DNA from: Eledone cirrhosa
Taxonomy: Eukaryota
Reading direction: 5' to 3'
Length of the DNA stretch: 64,000 nucleotides
Assembly (NCBI GenBank): GCA_964016885.1
Contig: OZ024748.1
Location: 54,250,001-54,314,000 of the forward strand
Every line of letters starts with the position of its first letter. Within the stretch, counting starts at the first letter, position 1. The notes beneath the pieces are model-generated. The model ran no database searches. It was not told the origin of the DNA and was given only the letters and a program-made list of their open reading frames with translations. A program made the position numbers and the translations under genes. Of this stretch, positions 27,586-40,666 are shown piece after piece.

Positions 27586-28403
27586 CATCTATATCTATCT
27601 ACATCTATCTGTCTATTGTATATGTATGTGTGTATATAGATTAGAAAATAAAAATGAAAATCATATTGAAAAATAAGAAGAATTAAAAAGTAAATATATA
27701 TATGCCCCCTCCAAAACAAGACATATCCCTGTTAAGTGTGAGATAAATGTGAATAGAGATAGAAAGTGATGTCAGACTTAAATTGTTAATTGAATTTTCT
27801 CTTCTGTTGCCGTATTTCTCCAAGAGTTTCTGCTTTGCTGCTAATATGAAGAATTATCTCATCTTTCATATTAGCTTTGTACCTGGCACCAACCTAAATG
27901 AAACTATGTTTCTTGAAGACAAATCAATTACTTATCAGAAGCCATTTTCTGGGTTGTTGTTGTTGCCTTCTTCATTTCTTACCTCCACCACTGCTGCCTG
28001 CCCCTACACCACCACAACCACCACCTTATATTCTGCTCCCCCTCAACCCCCTATCTCTCCTCCTCCTCCCTACCTACTCCTACTTGTGTGGTTGCACATC
28101 TTTATATATTCTGTAAACTTGTATGTATTTATTTATATGTCATTATTCAGCTGCTTCTAGTTATGCACATGTTGTATTTTGTATGCATGCGTGTGTGTGT
28201 CTGCCTGCGTGTGTTGGTGTGCGTGTGTCAGTATGTGCAAAAGTTTCCTTTCCTAGCAGGCTTCTATATATTTGTTAATTATTTTGTACAATATGCCATA
28301 TGCATGTATGTATATGAATGTGTACACGCACACACATGTGTATATATATATATACATAAAGTTGCTTAGAAACATTTTATATGTGCCTAAAAATGTGTGT
28401 GTG

Positions 28404-28444
<41 letters not shown>

Positions 28445-28591
28445 GGGGTATATGCACATACACACGGGTATATGTGTATACATATAATATGCAGTTATTT
28501 ACACACTCTTACATGTGCCTGAAGATGCATGTCTGTATATGTTTAACCACAGTAATTATTATATATATGTAGCTTCAATTCCTCAATAAAT

Positions 28592-28757
28592 ATAATTGTT
28601 TCTACTTTTGGCACAGGCCAGCAATTATCCCAGTGCATTACTGGTACTTTATTTTATCGACCTCATAAGGATGAAAGACAAAGTTAACCTCGGCGGGATT
28701 TGAACTCAGAATGGCAAGGGCCGTAACTCTGCGTCAAAGCATGGCGTCCGACCCTCA
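28592..28757 (-). mobile_element. SINE family A, intact copy
   Basis: Colinear with 60911-61092 and with the split copy at 6352-6875. Confidence 0.8.
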
Positions 28758-28975
28758 ATAAATATAATGATTCCTCAATAAATATGATCTGGGTGTTGAA
28801 CTCATGGTTGTGAGTCGATTCCTGAACCACTGGACCAGGAATGTATTGTATTTTGTGTTGCTCTTTGTGCCAGGAGTTGTGAACGGCAGTTAGTATCAGC
28901 AATGGAAAGATGAGTGGACAAATTGTTTTAATGGGGTCTGATCTAACAATCTCATCATTGGCTCATTTCCTGCAT

Positions 28976-29027
<52 letters not shown>

Positions 29028-30494
29028 ATGTTTTCTCTGGGTTTCACTCATGTAGCGGGGTTATGGGAATTATGTTCTCTGCCACAATGTACTTTACTTG
29101 TGATGGAGTTGTAGTGCCGTTGACCTGATATGCAGTGTGACATGGGTATTTTAAACCTGACAGAGCCCATCCCTCTTGAGGTCGAAACAAGGCCAATTCC
29201 TTCCTGAAAGAGGGAGGTAGGTATAGAGGAAGAATCCATCCTAGTCCTGGACTGACACTTTATCGGTCGACCTGGCGAGATATGAACTCAGAACGCAGTG
29301 GACAAAAACAAATGCCAAAGCATTTAATCCAATGCTCTAATGACTCCCAGTTTGTCACATTATGCCATGACTACATACCGTTAATAGGGCGAATACACTG
29401 GGAACAGCATGAACATCACAACTTCCTGTTTCTATACCACCTTTGGCCTTTATTAAGAAATTTATTATTCTGTTTAAATTTTCAGGTTTGCTCAAAGCAA
29501 TCATGTGGCTTTCTGTGAACTATGATGTATCTGGTTGTTAAATTGTATACATGAAATATTATCATAAATGTATATCAGAATGTGCATATATATATATATT
29601 TATATATATATGTGTGTGTATGTGTTATATTATACATATAAGTATATGAAATATAGTGTGTTGTGTTACTGTATGTTATGTATACACTTGTAAGTTTATG
29701 AAATATAATGTGTATGTGTGTGTATATATATATGTATGTGTACGTATATATGAATGTGTGTTTGTCTGTATGTATGTGTGTGTGAGAGTGAGTGCTATTT
29801 TTCTCCCCTTGTCTTGTTTTTCACTAGATTCATGCTAAAATAAATTACAAAGCAATTAGATTAGTTTCAAATCCATTTTATATTTCAAAGCTTAATTTGT
29901 TTTGTGAATCTTTTCTTCTGTGTGACCTCAAAGTAATTCACACATTTCACATACACACACAAATACATACGCATACATAAACTCAGACATGCACACTCAC
30001 ACACACACACACACACACATTCATTTCACCTTTTGCCCACATCACATCAATTTTCATCTCATCATATGTATGAGTGTGTATATGTGCCTGCATGTATGTA
30101 TGTAAGTGTCTGTGTCTATGTATGTGTGTGTATATATATCAGGATATGTGTATGTATGTCTATGTGTATATATCTGAATATGTATATCAGTCTGTATGTG
30201 TGTGGAAGGTCTTCCTCTTTGAATGTCATGAAGAATATTTTAATGAAGCCTGGTGTTGTTCATTTAGTAAAGAACTGGAAACTTTTGTGTTTTATTATCT
30301 TCTGATATCTGTCAATTGGTCTGGCAGTGTTGTGGTTGTTCTCTTTGTTGTCGATTGTGTTATTATTGTTGTGGTTAGTGTTGTTCTTGTTGTCATTAGT
30401 GTTGTTGTTGTGTTGTGGTTAGAGGTTTGTATTGTGTTTGTTGTGGTTTGTGGTGTGGTCAGTGTTGTGGTTGTTAAGATTTGTGTTGATTGTT

Positions 30495-30905
30495 GGGGTT
30501 GTAGTTAGTGTTAGTGTTGAGGTTGTAGTTAGTGTTTGAGGTTTGTGTTGTTGTTGAGGTTGTAGTTAGTGTTGAGGTTTGTGTTGTTGTTGAGGTTGTA
30601 GTTAGTGTTGACGTTATAGTTAATGTTGAGGTTATAGTTAGTGTTGAGGTGTGTGTTGTTGTTGAGGTTGTAGTTAGTGTTGAGGTTGTAGTTAGTGTTG
30701 AGGTTTGTGTTGTTGTTGAGGTTGTAGTTAGTGTTGAGGTTATAGTTAGTGTTGAGGTTTGTGTTGTTGAGGTTATAGTTAGTGTTGAGGTTTGTGTTGT
30801 TGTTGAGGTTGTAGTTAGTGTTGAGGTTTGTGTTGTTGTTGAGGTTGTAGTTAGTGTTGAGGTTTGTGTTGTTGAGGTTATAGTTAGTGTTGAGGTTTGT
30901 GTTGT
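30495..30905. repeat. 18/21-bp minisatellite (gttgaggttgtagttagt / gttgaggtttgtgttgtt)
   Basis: About 20 tandem subunits. Confidence 0.9.
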
Positions 30906-31114
30906 CATTCTAGTGGTTCAATGTTTCATTTTACTGGATTTGTGGGAGTTGGTGTTTAATTTACAGATTATACTTTGTTGCAATATTCAATTGGTAACTC
31001 AGAAATTAGCTTACACTCACACACAGACACACACTCACACGCACGTGTATTGTGTGTGTGTTTGATTCAACATATATACATACACACAGATGCCATGGAC
31101 ATCTGACCTGTCTA

Positions 31115-31195
31115 GTCTCAGAATGTGATAACCTGTCTAACCCATGTCATCATGGAAACCAGATGTAAAACGATGATGATGATGATGATGATGAG
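31115..31195 (+). mobile_element. Retroposon 3' tail with (ATG)n end
   Basis: aacccatgtcatcatggaaaccagatgtaaaacgatgatgatg; related tails at ~6685-6738 and ~40262-40315. Confidence 0.55.
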
Positions 31196-31412
31196 GATAA
31201 TGATGGTGAACTGTGTGTGTATATACATACACATGCACACAACTATATATATATATATGTATACACACATAGTCTTTCATCTAATGATATATCATGTTTA
31301 CTTTCATATATTCATTACCATTGTTATCATATCCTTGAAACCATTACCATTGTTATAGTAATACTAAATATTATTATTATCATTACTATTATAACTATTA
31401 TGAGGACAGTGG

Positions 31413-31642
31413 ATTGGTAGAATCTTTAAAGCATTAGACAACCTGACACTATACCTTCTGCTCTCAAATCTTATGGTCAACTTTGCCTTTTATCCTTCCT
31501 GGGTTGAAATACAGTAATGTACTGGTGTTGATTTAATTAACATTCCCCTTTATGCCTACATTAGAAAAAAGGCCAGCAATTATGCCAGTGTATTACTGGT
31601 ACTTTATTTTATCTACCCCGTAAGGATGAAAGGCAAAGTTAA
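31413..31642. mobile_element. Tail-to-tail inverted pair of SINE family A fragments
   Basis: A plus copy (~31413-31568) is followed by a minus copy (31571-31642). Confidence 0.7.
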
Positions 31643-31724
31643 AAAATAATAATGATTATTATGCATTGACAAACAAAAATGTAAAAAAACAACCAATCTA
31701 TGCCATAATAATTTATATTTATAT

Positions 31725-31747
31725 TGTTTTTTTTTTCTCTTTTTCAG
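31725..31747 (+). other. 3' splice acceptor (polypyrimidine tract + AG) of the ZFHX exon; exon starts at 31748 with 54 nt of 5' UTR
   Basis: tgttttttttttctctttttcag|TTGGAA, with an abrupt change from AT-rich intron to exon-like composition. Confidence 0.85.
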
Positions 31748-31755
31748 TTGGAAAA

Positions 31756-31820
31756 ATGCATGGCTCATAGCAATGGGACCAGTGAGTTACGAGGCTGAAG
31801 GATGGATATTCCAGGCCTGA
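31756..31820 (+). promoter_or_regulatory. Three upstream ORFs in the ZFHX leader
   Basis: ATG 31756 (MHGS*, stop 31768-70). ATG 31760 (MAHSNGTSELRG*, in frame with the CDS, stop 31796-98). ATG 31773 (MGPVSYEAEGWIFQA*, overlaps the main ATG, stop 31818-20). Confidence 0.6.
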
Positions 31821-34800
31821 GCTCCGAAAGTCTGGAGGATCATCATCCCCAGCCAACCATGACCCTTCCTATGACAACATTGTGTAGCTCCAACAACGAT
31901 GACACTCTTCCAGCCCCGGCACAGCAACAACAACAGCCTCAACAACAACAGCCAACGCAGCATTGTTTCAGTAGCTCGGCAAAGATGGCTGATTCAATCG
32001 ACCCATTCGGTTTGAATATCAGTAAGTCGGACCATTCTTTCAGTCCAGTGTTGTCTGGCTCGGCGACGAACGGTGTGTCCAGTCTGAGCACGCTACCCGT
32101 GAATACTTCCAAGGACGTTCGGGATGCACAATTTGTTCCAATTAATCATGCGTCTTCCATTAACGACGCCGAAGAATCGAGCATCGAAAGGTCGTCAGAC
32201 CATGACGACGAGCCTGTGGAGTGTGGAGAATGTAACAAAGAGTTCTTAACCTTGCAGGAATACATGGAGCACCCGTGTGCCCGGTCTGAATCAGGTAGTC
32301 GAGTCGGTCGTGAGGAGAATCAAGGTTCAATTAGCGATAATGAATTGAGTGATGGGGAGAGTTTTGATGGCAGGATTGTGTATAATCCTGATGGCTCTGC
32401 CTATATAATTGAGGGTGCTGATTCGGACCAGAGTGATATAGACTCCATTGTGGATGTACCGCAGCAAGAAGGTAGTATAATTGTGAAAAAGGGCAAAGTT
32501 GAGGACAGCAAGGCTTCCGTTTATCCGCAGATAGCAAATGCTTTCTTTGTTCCTAGGAACACAGCTTCTTTTTTCAATAATTTCTACATGGTATCTGCTC
32601 AGAAATACATGCCCGATGCGCCGATCATGCATAGCTATCGTGTTTATGATGTTCGCTCAGCTAAGAAAGATTTGCTGAACGAGGGTAAGAGTGGAGACGA
32701 CTGTTCAGAAAGTAATGAGAAATCTGCCATCCGATGTGAGGATAGCATATCTACCTCAAATGCTGGGGCAGCTACTGTCCCTACAAAACCAATTCTCATG
32801 TGCTTTATATGTAAACTTTCATTTGGTTATACAAAGTCTTTCATTGCCCACGCCATCGGAGAGCATTCAATGGATCTGAATGAGGAAGAAAAAGCAATAA
32901 TGTCTCGGAAAAATGCGTCGGCGATTATTCAAGGAGTAGGTAAACACAAAAAGCCCCTTATGTCATTCCTTGAACCCAATCCAACTCCTGTCCCCGAAAC
33001 TACAGTGTTATCCAACCCTAGGCATTTAACAAATTCTCATCCAACGTCAACCGTTTGTAGTTCGTCGGTTGACAAGGATAGCTCTACATCTGTCATTTAT
33101 AGCCATGGACGTCCAAATACGTCCGAAAAACTCACTTCATCTAGACATTTTCACCCACAGAACTGTTCTATACCTTCACAAGACCTACCCTCTCATATTA
33201 CACATGGCCTGTCTGCGAACAGCGAGGCTGCTATCACTAGTGCAGCAGCTGCAACATTGTCATCCACGCAGCTACAGCTGGCCACGTCAGTTGGTTGCCA
33301 ATTGACATCAGCTGCTGCGGAGACGACTACAACTGCTGCACTCACCCCCGAAATCTCTAACCCCCATAACGAGGCCTCCATTGGAGACTCTAAAATCCCT
33401 TCATCATCATCACCACCATCATCATCATCACACTTAGAGTTGGAGAGAGCGGCCGTTAGTGATTCAGTCCCTCTCCCCTACTCTGAAAGCAATCACATTG
33501 AAAGAACAAACTCTCACACTTTCCTTACCTCCCCCATTCAAGGAATTCCTGGATTCTTGGGGTCCTGCGATGAGCATCCGCAAGGTCGGGCTCATGGCGT
33601 TGAATGCCCTAAATGTGATATGATCCTCAGCTCCTCTCAGTCGCTAGGCGGTCACATGACCATGATGCATTCGCGTAACTCTTGCAAAACTTTAAAATGT
33701 CCCAAGTGTAACTGGCACTACAAATATCAGGAAACTCTGGAGATTCACATGAAGGAGAAGCACCCCGAAAATGATGCGCAGTGTATATACTGCGTGACCA
33801 ACCAGCCACATCCCCGGTTAGCACGTGGCGAGACGTATGCCTGTGGCTATAAGCCTTATCGTTGCGAAGTCTGCAACTATTCCACAACCACCAAGGGTAA
33901 CCTCAGCATTCACATGCAGTCGGACAAGCATCTGAACAATGTGCAGGAACTTGCAAATGGCGGTGATATTAAGCTGCAGACTCAGAGTTTCAATCAAGAA
34001 AATGCACAACTGAAAAAAAACAAGCCAAAGCCAACGTGGAGGTGTGATGTGTGCAATTATGAAACGAATGTGGCAAGGAACCTAAGGATACACATGACCA
34101 GTGAAAAACATACGCATAACATGTTAGCACTTCAACAAAATATGAAACAAATGCAAGGAGACATGTCACTTCACATGAACCCTGTCCTGCTACTGGGTCA
34201 ACAAGACCCTGCTCTACTCAACCTTCAATCCTCCCTTTCGGCTTCAAATTCTCAGTTTTCATTTGATCAACCCTTGATTCAGCAAGGTGCAACTCGGAAC
34301 TTTGAAATTCCGGTTGACCTGAGTAAGGAGAATGATCTGTCGTGCTTTTCTTATGAAAACGATGAGAAACTTGCTGAAGGTGCTATGATGCTTCATTGCT
34401 GTGTATGCAATATCTTTACATCGGACACAATAGATATGTTGTCACATCATCTCAACATAGACCGTACGAAGCAGCATGAAACAGACGACATAATCATTTC
34501 CGCAGGTATGTATATGTGTAACCTGTGTACGTACAAAACGAACTTGAAAACCAACTTTTACCTCCATCTCAAAACTGACAAGCACCTTCAGCGACTGCAG
34601 CTTGTAAACCACATCAAAGAGGGAGGCGCCAACAATGAATGGCGCCTCAAGTACCTAACCGTCAACAATCCCGTTCTCGTGCGCTGCAATGCCTGTGAAT
34701 TCTGCACGAACAGCATACACAAGCTTCAGATGCATGCAAACACGGAAGCCCATGAAACGTGCGCGCAACTCTTTCATCACCTGGCATCCATAGAGATGAA

Positions 34801-35024
34801 GATACCAGTTGCTCGACGCGAGTTTGTGTGCACTCTGTGCAATTATAGTGCTAGATCCAAGTGTCAGATGTTTCACCATGCGAAATGCATGAAACATGCA
34901 CAAAATGATAGCCTAAGACAAGTACAACTACAGGAGCAAGGGAAATGCCAACCAATGGATCTATCAGAGATTTTCATTGTCAGGGAATACATGGAAGATA
35001 ATGTACCCAAGATGTCTGACTCAG
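31802..35024 (+). CDS. ZFHX3/4: First coding exon of a ZFHX3/ZFHX4 (ATBF1; Zfh2)-family zinc-finger homeobox transcription factor; ~1074 aa N-terminal zinc-finger region, gene continues beyond the window
   Basis: Translation contains family-diagnostic blocks: CGECNKEFLTLQEYMEHPC, GRIVYNPDGSAYII, KPILMCFICKLSFGY, GVECPKCD..SLGGHMTMMHSRNSCKTLKCPKCNWHYKYQETLEIHMKEKHP, HPRLARGETYACGYKPYRCEVCNYSTTTKGNLSIHMQSDKHLNN, KPTWRCDVCNYETNVARNLRIHMTSEKH and HIKEGGANNEWRLK. An in-frame TGA at 31796-31798 precedes the ATG. Similarity ends at the CAG|GTAAGC donor (35024|35025), after which the ORF runs into CA repeats. No homeodomain is present in this exon. Confidence 0.95.
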
Positions 35025-35030
35025 GTAAGC
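35022..35030 (+). other. 5' splice donor ending the ZFHX exon (phase 1)
   Basis: CAG|GTAAGC near-consensus donor located where protein similarity ends. Confidence 0.88.
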
Positions 35031-36063
35031 TGAACATTTGCCACACTTTTCCTTGTTATTTACATACATACATACACACACATATACACACGAACACATA
35101 CTCTTACACACATCAACGCATGCACACGCACACTCCCTTTTTTCCTTCCCTTCTATTAACACCTACTTCCTACACCTCTAGTCATTGATATCATCTCAGA
35201 ATGTCTTTCGTTGTTGTATGAGTGTGTGTGTGTGTGTGAGAGAGAGAGAATGTGTGTATGTGTGAACGTGTGTGTGTATGTATATGTGGACGTGTGTGTA
35301 TGTGAAAGTGCTCCTGTCATTTAATTTTTCAAAACATTTGGAAACATCTTTTAAAATTCTTTGAAATTACTGACTTAGAGGGAGAAAAGAGATAGAAAGA
35401 AACACAGAGAGAGAGAGAGAGGGTGAGTGAGAGTGTGTGAGCGAGAGAGAAAGGGGGAGAAAGTACGTGTTTGTGTTAGAGAGCGTGTATGTGTATTTGA
35501 AAAGAGAGAATGTAAGAGAAAGAGAGAGAGAATACCAGTGTTAAAGAGAGAGAGAGAGAGAGAGAGAGAATGCGAGTCTGTTAAAGAGAGAGATTGATAT
35601 TAATTACTGGGATGAACTGCCGTATTGTAAGTTCAAAATGAAATGCCATTATTTCTACAATACAACAACGAACGCTGCAGCTCTCCTATCGCCAGTTGAC
35701 GATCATTCCTCTCTTATTTGGAGGAGAGCTTGCTTTCAATATTAATTGCCACAAAATTTCATTCTTTTTCACACACGAACACAAAACACACACACACTCG
35801 CTCAAACAAGCAAATACACACACATCAATTAAAATGCAAATAAACGAATGAACTTTTAAAATGGTTGATTGAAGAAATTGTAGATCTATTGCAAACGTTA
35901 TCAGCTAAAAAAGAAAAAAATGAATAAGAAAAAAAGAATTTGTCTTGGAAATGTTTTTTTATATATTTCTTTGTTTCTGTTTTATGTATAAGTTTTGTTT
36001 GTTATTGATTGAAATAACTAAGATGTTGTCTATCACATTATGAATTGCAGAATATGAATATTT

Positions 36064-36221
36064 CCCTATATACTCACGTATAAGTCGCGCCCCAGATTTC
36101 CTATACATTTACAATGTGCTAAATATATATCTCGAATTGAGGCTTTGTTAAGACCTATAGATAAGACGCAATGACGTATTTCAATTGGGTAAATGTGCGT
36201 CTTATACATGAGTATATGCGG
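36064..36221. mobile_element. Tc2/pogo-type MITE (~158 bp)
   Basis: Imperfect ~27-bp TIRs, CCCTATATACTCACGTATAAGTCGCGC and GTGCGTCTTATACATGAGTATATGCGG, followed by TA; resembles CCGTAT...TATAAGACGCAC Tc2 ends. Confidence 0.7.
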
Positions 36222-36922
36222 TATATAACATATATATATATATATATACCCACCTTTGTATGTGTATGTATATTATATACACTATTTTTAATACATATAT
36301 GTATACATATATAACCGTTTGATTCATTAATTTACAACTATATTGATTATCGTATTTAAATTATCAACAGTTTAGTCACAAATCATAAAGGGGTTAAATT
36401 TTTATAGCTCCTGTGTGTTGTTTATAGCAGACGACAGATTGCGTATATATATATGAGTGTGTCTATATGTGAGTGTTTATTGTCTGTATGTGTATCCGAT
36501 CGTCTGCTTTTGATTGTCTCTAACTCTCTATTGTACATCGTTTATCAAACAAGCTTTTTTAAAGATAAAGCAGTTATGCCGACATTTTTTTCTTTTGTCT
36601 TTTCACTGGCCTTTTAACCATGTTAACGAAACGAGCCGTCGTGCAACGAAGCTAGTATTTAGTTCTGCAGGAAGTCTTTTTAACGAAAAATTATAATTGT
36701 TTTGAAATCCTTAATAAACCGTCTCCTTTACTCCATTTTTTTTTTTTTTTAAATACTTTTTATTCCTTTCATTTCATACCGCCTTCTTTATGTATTTGTA
36801 ATTTTACTGTCTGCAAGACAGGGAAGACAACCTTTTCTTGGTACATATCTCTGGCTTTCTTTTTTTGTTTTTGTTACCAGTCCTTCTACCTCGACACCAA
36901 CAACCATTCCATCCCTTCCTAG

Positions 36923-36959
<37 letters not shown>

Positions 36960-37102
36960 TACACACATACGTTATGTGCACTCTTTGTCCTTTGTGCAAT
37001 TTGTTAGACTGTGGAGGAATTGTTGATGTTTCTCTTGAAGTAAATTGAACTGGAAAACCTTTTCTGGAGCGAACATGGCGTGTGCGTGTGTGTATGTGTG
37101 TT

Positions 37103-37420
37103 TGACTTAGTGGTTATGGAGAACGTTTCGCAATCACAAGGTCTCGGGTTTGAACCCCACACTAGCCTTGTGAAGTATAACTAGATTGATGGAAGCGGTG
37201 AAACAATATCGCTGGGTCCGGGTTTGTTACACATTGTGTTATGTTCATTCGGCGCCTGGGAACTTCATTGGGGGTTACACGTGTCCATGGAATACCCAGT
37301 CACTTAAATTATAACACAATGAATAAGCAGTCCTATTGAGTATTTTAGTTGTTCGATCTACTAAATTGATTAGTTCAGTTCATCGAACTACTTAACACAC
37401 TCATCACAAAACCGACGATG
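37103..37420 (+). mobile_element. tRNA-derived SINE family B, decayed
   Basis: TGACTTAGTGGTTA...GGGTTTGAACCC head; body similar to 10880-11000. Confidence 0.6.
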
Positions 37421-37721
37421 GATCTATCTGTCTATTTTGTATCTCTTGTATCAGTGTCTACATTGGGATTTTGTTATAACTATATTCGTATCGCATTGTG
37501 TTGCATATCCATTAGATGAATAAATGTTTATACACCAATATATGTGTGTGCGTGTGTGTGTTTATATTATTTTATTCTTTTAGTGGTTTCAATCATTAGA
37601 CAGCGATACACACTCAACACACACACAGACTAACAGTATCACAAATATGTGTGTATTTATTTAATGAGTAGTTAAGGTTGTTAGAGATAGAATCATAAAC
37701 TTACTACCGCATTCAGATAGC

Positions 37722-37795
<74 letters not shown>

Positions 37796-38134
37796 CACAC
37801 GTATAACAGATATAGATAGATAAACACAACTTTTATACATACCACGGCTATAGTAGTGACTGTAATAAAATACATACCATAACTCAAACAATCTTAATAA
37901 AGAATCGTACCTGAGCCAGAACATTTTGCCAAAACTTTAATTCTAGAAGAAGCAGACAGGGTTGAAGGAGTGTGAAAGAGAGAAATGAGAGATAAGGAGA
38001 TAGTAAATGTAGTTAGAATGAGATGGGAGCAACATAGAGAGAGAGTGAGAGGTAGGAGAAAGAGAGAGATAGAGCATAAAATATAAAGGTTATGAATTCC
38101 GCCTAAGAATTCTCTAGAAATAATAATAATGATA

Positions 38135-38640
38135 ATATTTCTAATTTAGGCACAGGGCCAACAATATCTTTCATAGTGTGATGGGGAGGATTAAGTCGCT
38201 TAAATCAACCTCAGTACTTGACTGGTACTTTATTTATCGTCTGCCGGAAGGATGAAAGTCAAAGTTGACCTCGGAACAAATACCAGAAGACAGTTTGACC
38301 GAGTCTCTAATGACTTCATCAAAGTTACAGGTCGTACCCGGTACCTGGCGGTGTACTGACTGATATGTTATGAGCGCTGACCTGGGATGGTGAAAGGTTA
38401 AGTCAAACTCGGCCATGGATTGGTTTGAACACCTCACAAAATAAGAACAATAGTTTCTAATTCAAGCACAAGAAGAACAATTTTTTTTTTGGGGGGGGGT
38501 GATCATACCGACCGACTCAGTACTTGACTGGTACTTTATTTTATCGACCTAGGAAAGATGAAAGGTAAAGTTGACCTCGGTAGGATTTCGTAACTAAGTG
38601 CCGCAAAGCATATCTGTTCGACGCTCTTCCGATTTTGCCA
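38135..38640 (-). mobile_element. Cluster of three SINE family A fragments in tandem
   Basis: Repeated actggtactttatt..atcg..ggatgaaagg.aaagttgacctcgg. Confidence 0.75.
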
Positions 38641-39449
38641 ATACAATGCTCCGTGTTTAACAGTGGTAAGAAACTATACGGAGAGCAGTATAGCAAGTCT
38701 TCAGAGAAGGATACCTCTTCAAACAAGTGTTTGGGCCCTTAATTTGTTACTTACACTCTAAGGGGGCCGGGCTGCATCCAGGTCACGACTCCTGGGTGCC
38801 CTTCTGCTGACATTTAGCCATTCAGATATCGGAGACTTGTGTAATTAAACTGTATGAAGATGTGTTGACAAGATCTAGCTGGAACTCCTCTCCGTCGCCT
38901 CTGTTTTCAAACTTATATTCAACATTGTGTTGTCAACAATAAGACGTGAAAAAATAAAATAATAACCGCTTAGGATGTTAAGTGTAAAGTGGTTGTTACT
39001 ATTACTGTTGTTGTTCCTGTTACTGCATTACCAATAATATATTGTTACTAACCACTGCAAACGTTAGTGATGCTACTAGCAGACTCTTATAGTCAGACTA
39101 TCAGACAATTTCAGGCAATCTCTCCCAGCTGGTGGCAGGCTTAAACTGACTCTCATCCGTATTTTCTTGTGAAATTTAAATAAATAAATATAGAACAACA
39201 ACAAAAACACTTAAATTTCTTTACTTTTTATCTCAGTATATGTCTATGTATATATGTATGTATCATTTTGTTCGTATCTTTTTGATCCAGTGATTGTGTA
39301 TGTATGTATGTATGTGTGAGTGTGTGCATACGCTGTATAATTTGTGTATAAGTGTGTGTGAGTGAGTGTTTACTGTAATATTGTGTACGTAAGTCTGTAT
39401 GTATGTTTTATATTTTTGTTTGTTCCTTTACTTATTTTTTTGTTTATGG

Positions 39450-39500
<51 letters not shown>

Positions 39501-40368
39501 AATTCCTAGCTGCATATTTTAGTAATTTTAGTGTTGTCGGTAAGCCGGGCCACGAATTGTGGTATCTATCAATAATTATCTCGTTTAACTAAGGGAAAGG
39601 CATGGAAGTCACAACCTCCTATTTCTCCCCATCACCGCCACTCTCCTTTCGACGGAAATCAATTGCAGCCAAAACGAAATCTGTATTTCACTCCATCACA
39701 CACCACACCCTAAAATCAATATTTAGTATTTCATTTTATTTTTTTTTTTTTTTACTGGTTTTCAATCGTTAGATTGTGGCAATGTTGAGACATTGCCTTC
39801 GTTTAGTCGATCATATCCGACCGATCACATTTTTTTGTTCCAGTCTGGCTATTATTTTATCGATCTTTTTTTAACGAACCGCTAAGTTACGACAGTGTGT
39901 TCTTTTACTCTTTTACTTCATTCAGTCATTAAACTGTGACCATGCCTCGACACTACCTTTACAGTACACACACACAGGCACACATACACACACACACACA
40001 TACACACATATATATAAGCATATATGTATGTATATATATATATATATATACATATATTTATTAAAATAAACCACTCTACATCTATAACGTTTGAATGTGA
40101 TTAATGAACGCGGCAAGAACACCATGTTTTTTGTTGATTTTTATTTTAGTGTTGTTTTTAATATTTTTTATTTTAGATCCTGTTATCTTAAGTTACATGT
40201 GCAGGCATTCAGATATACACACTTATACGCACACATTAATATATACATACATACATACGTCTTACCCCATACTAGCATTGGAAAACGGATGTGAAAATCA
40301 ATGATGATGATGATGTTGGCAGATTGAAAGATCATGTCAAAATTATGTATAAATATGTAGATATGTCT

Positions 40369-40413
<45 letters not shown>

Positions 40414-40635
40414 GTATATGTAAACGGATTCATGTGTGTGTTTATGATTAAGTACTGGAACATACCCTCCCCCTCGTCCCTCTACCCTGACATGTAAGTA
40501 ATATTTTTTTAATGTATGTACTATATATTTTTACATCTGAATCTAGTTACATATGTACATACATATCTATAGTAGTAATATCTCAGTTTTATGTATTCAG
40601 ACACGTGTATATGTGCACGCGCGTCTCTGTGTGTG

Positions 40636-40666
<31 letters not shown>

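Noticed and set aside
32327-34903. Antisense and alternate-frame ORFs overlapping the ZFHX exon
   Set aside because: Short shadow ORFs of the coding strand with no recognisable motifs.
35025-35188. Last ~54 codons of the 1128-aa ORF
   Set aside because: They lie past a consensus donor and translate CA-repeat intron sequence, so this is read-through rather than ZFHX protein.
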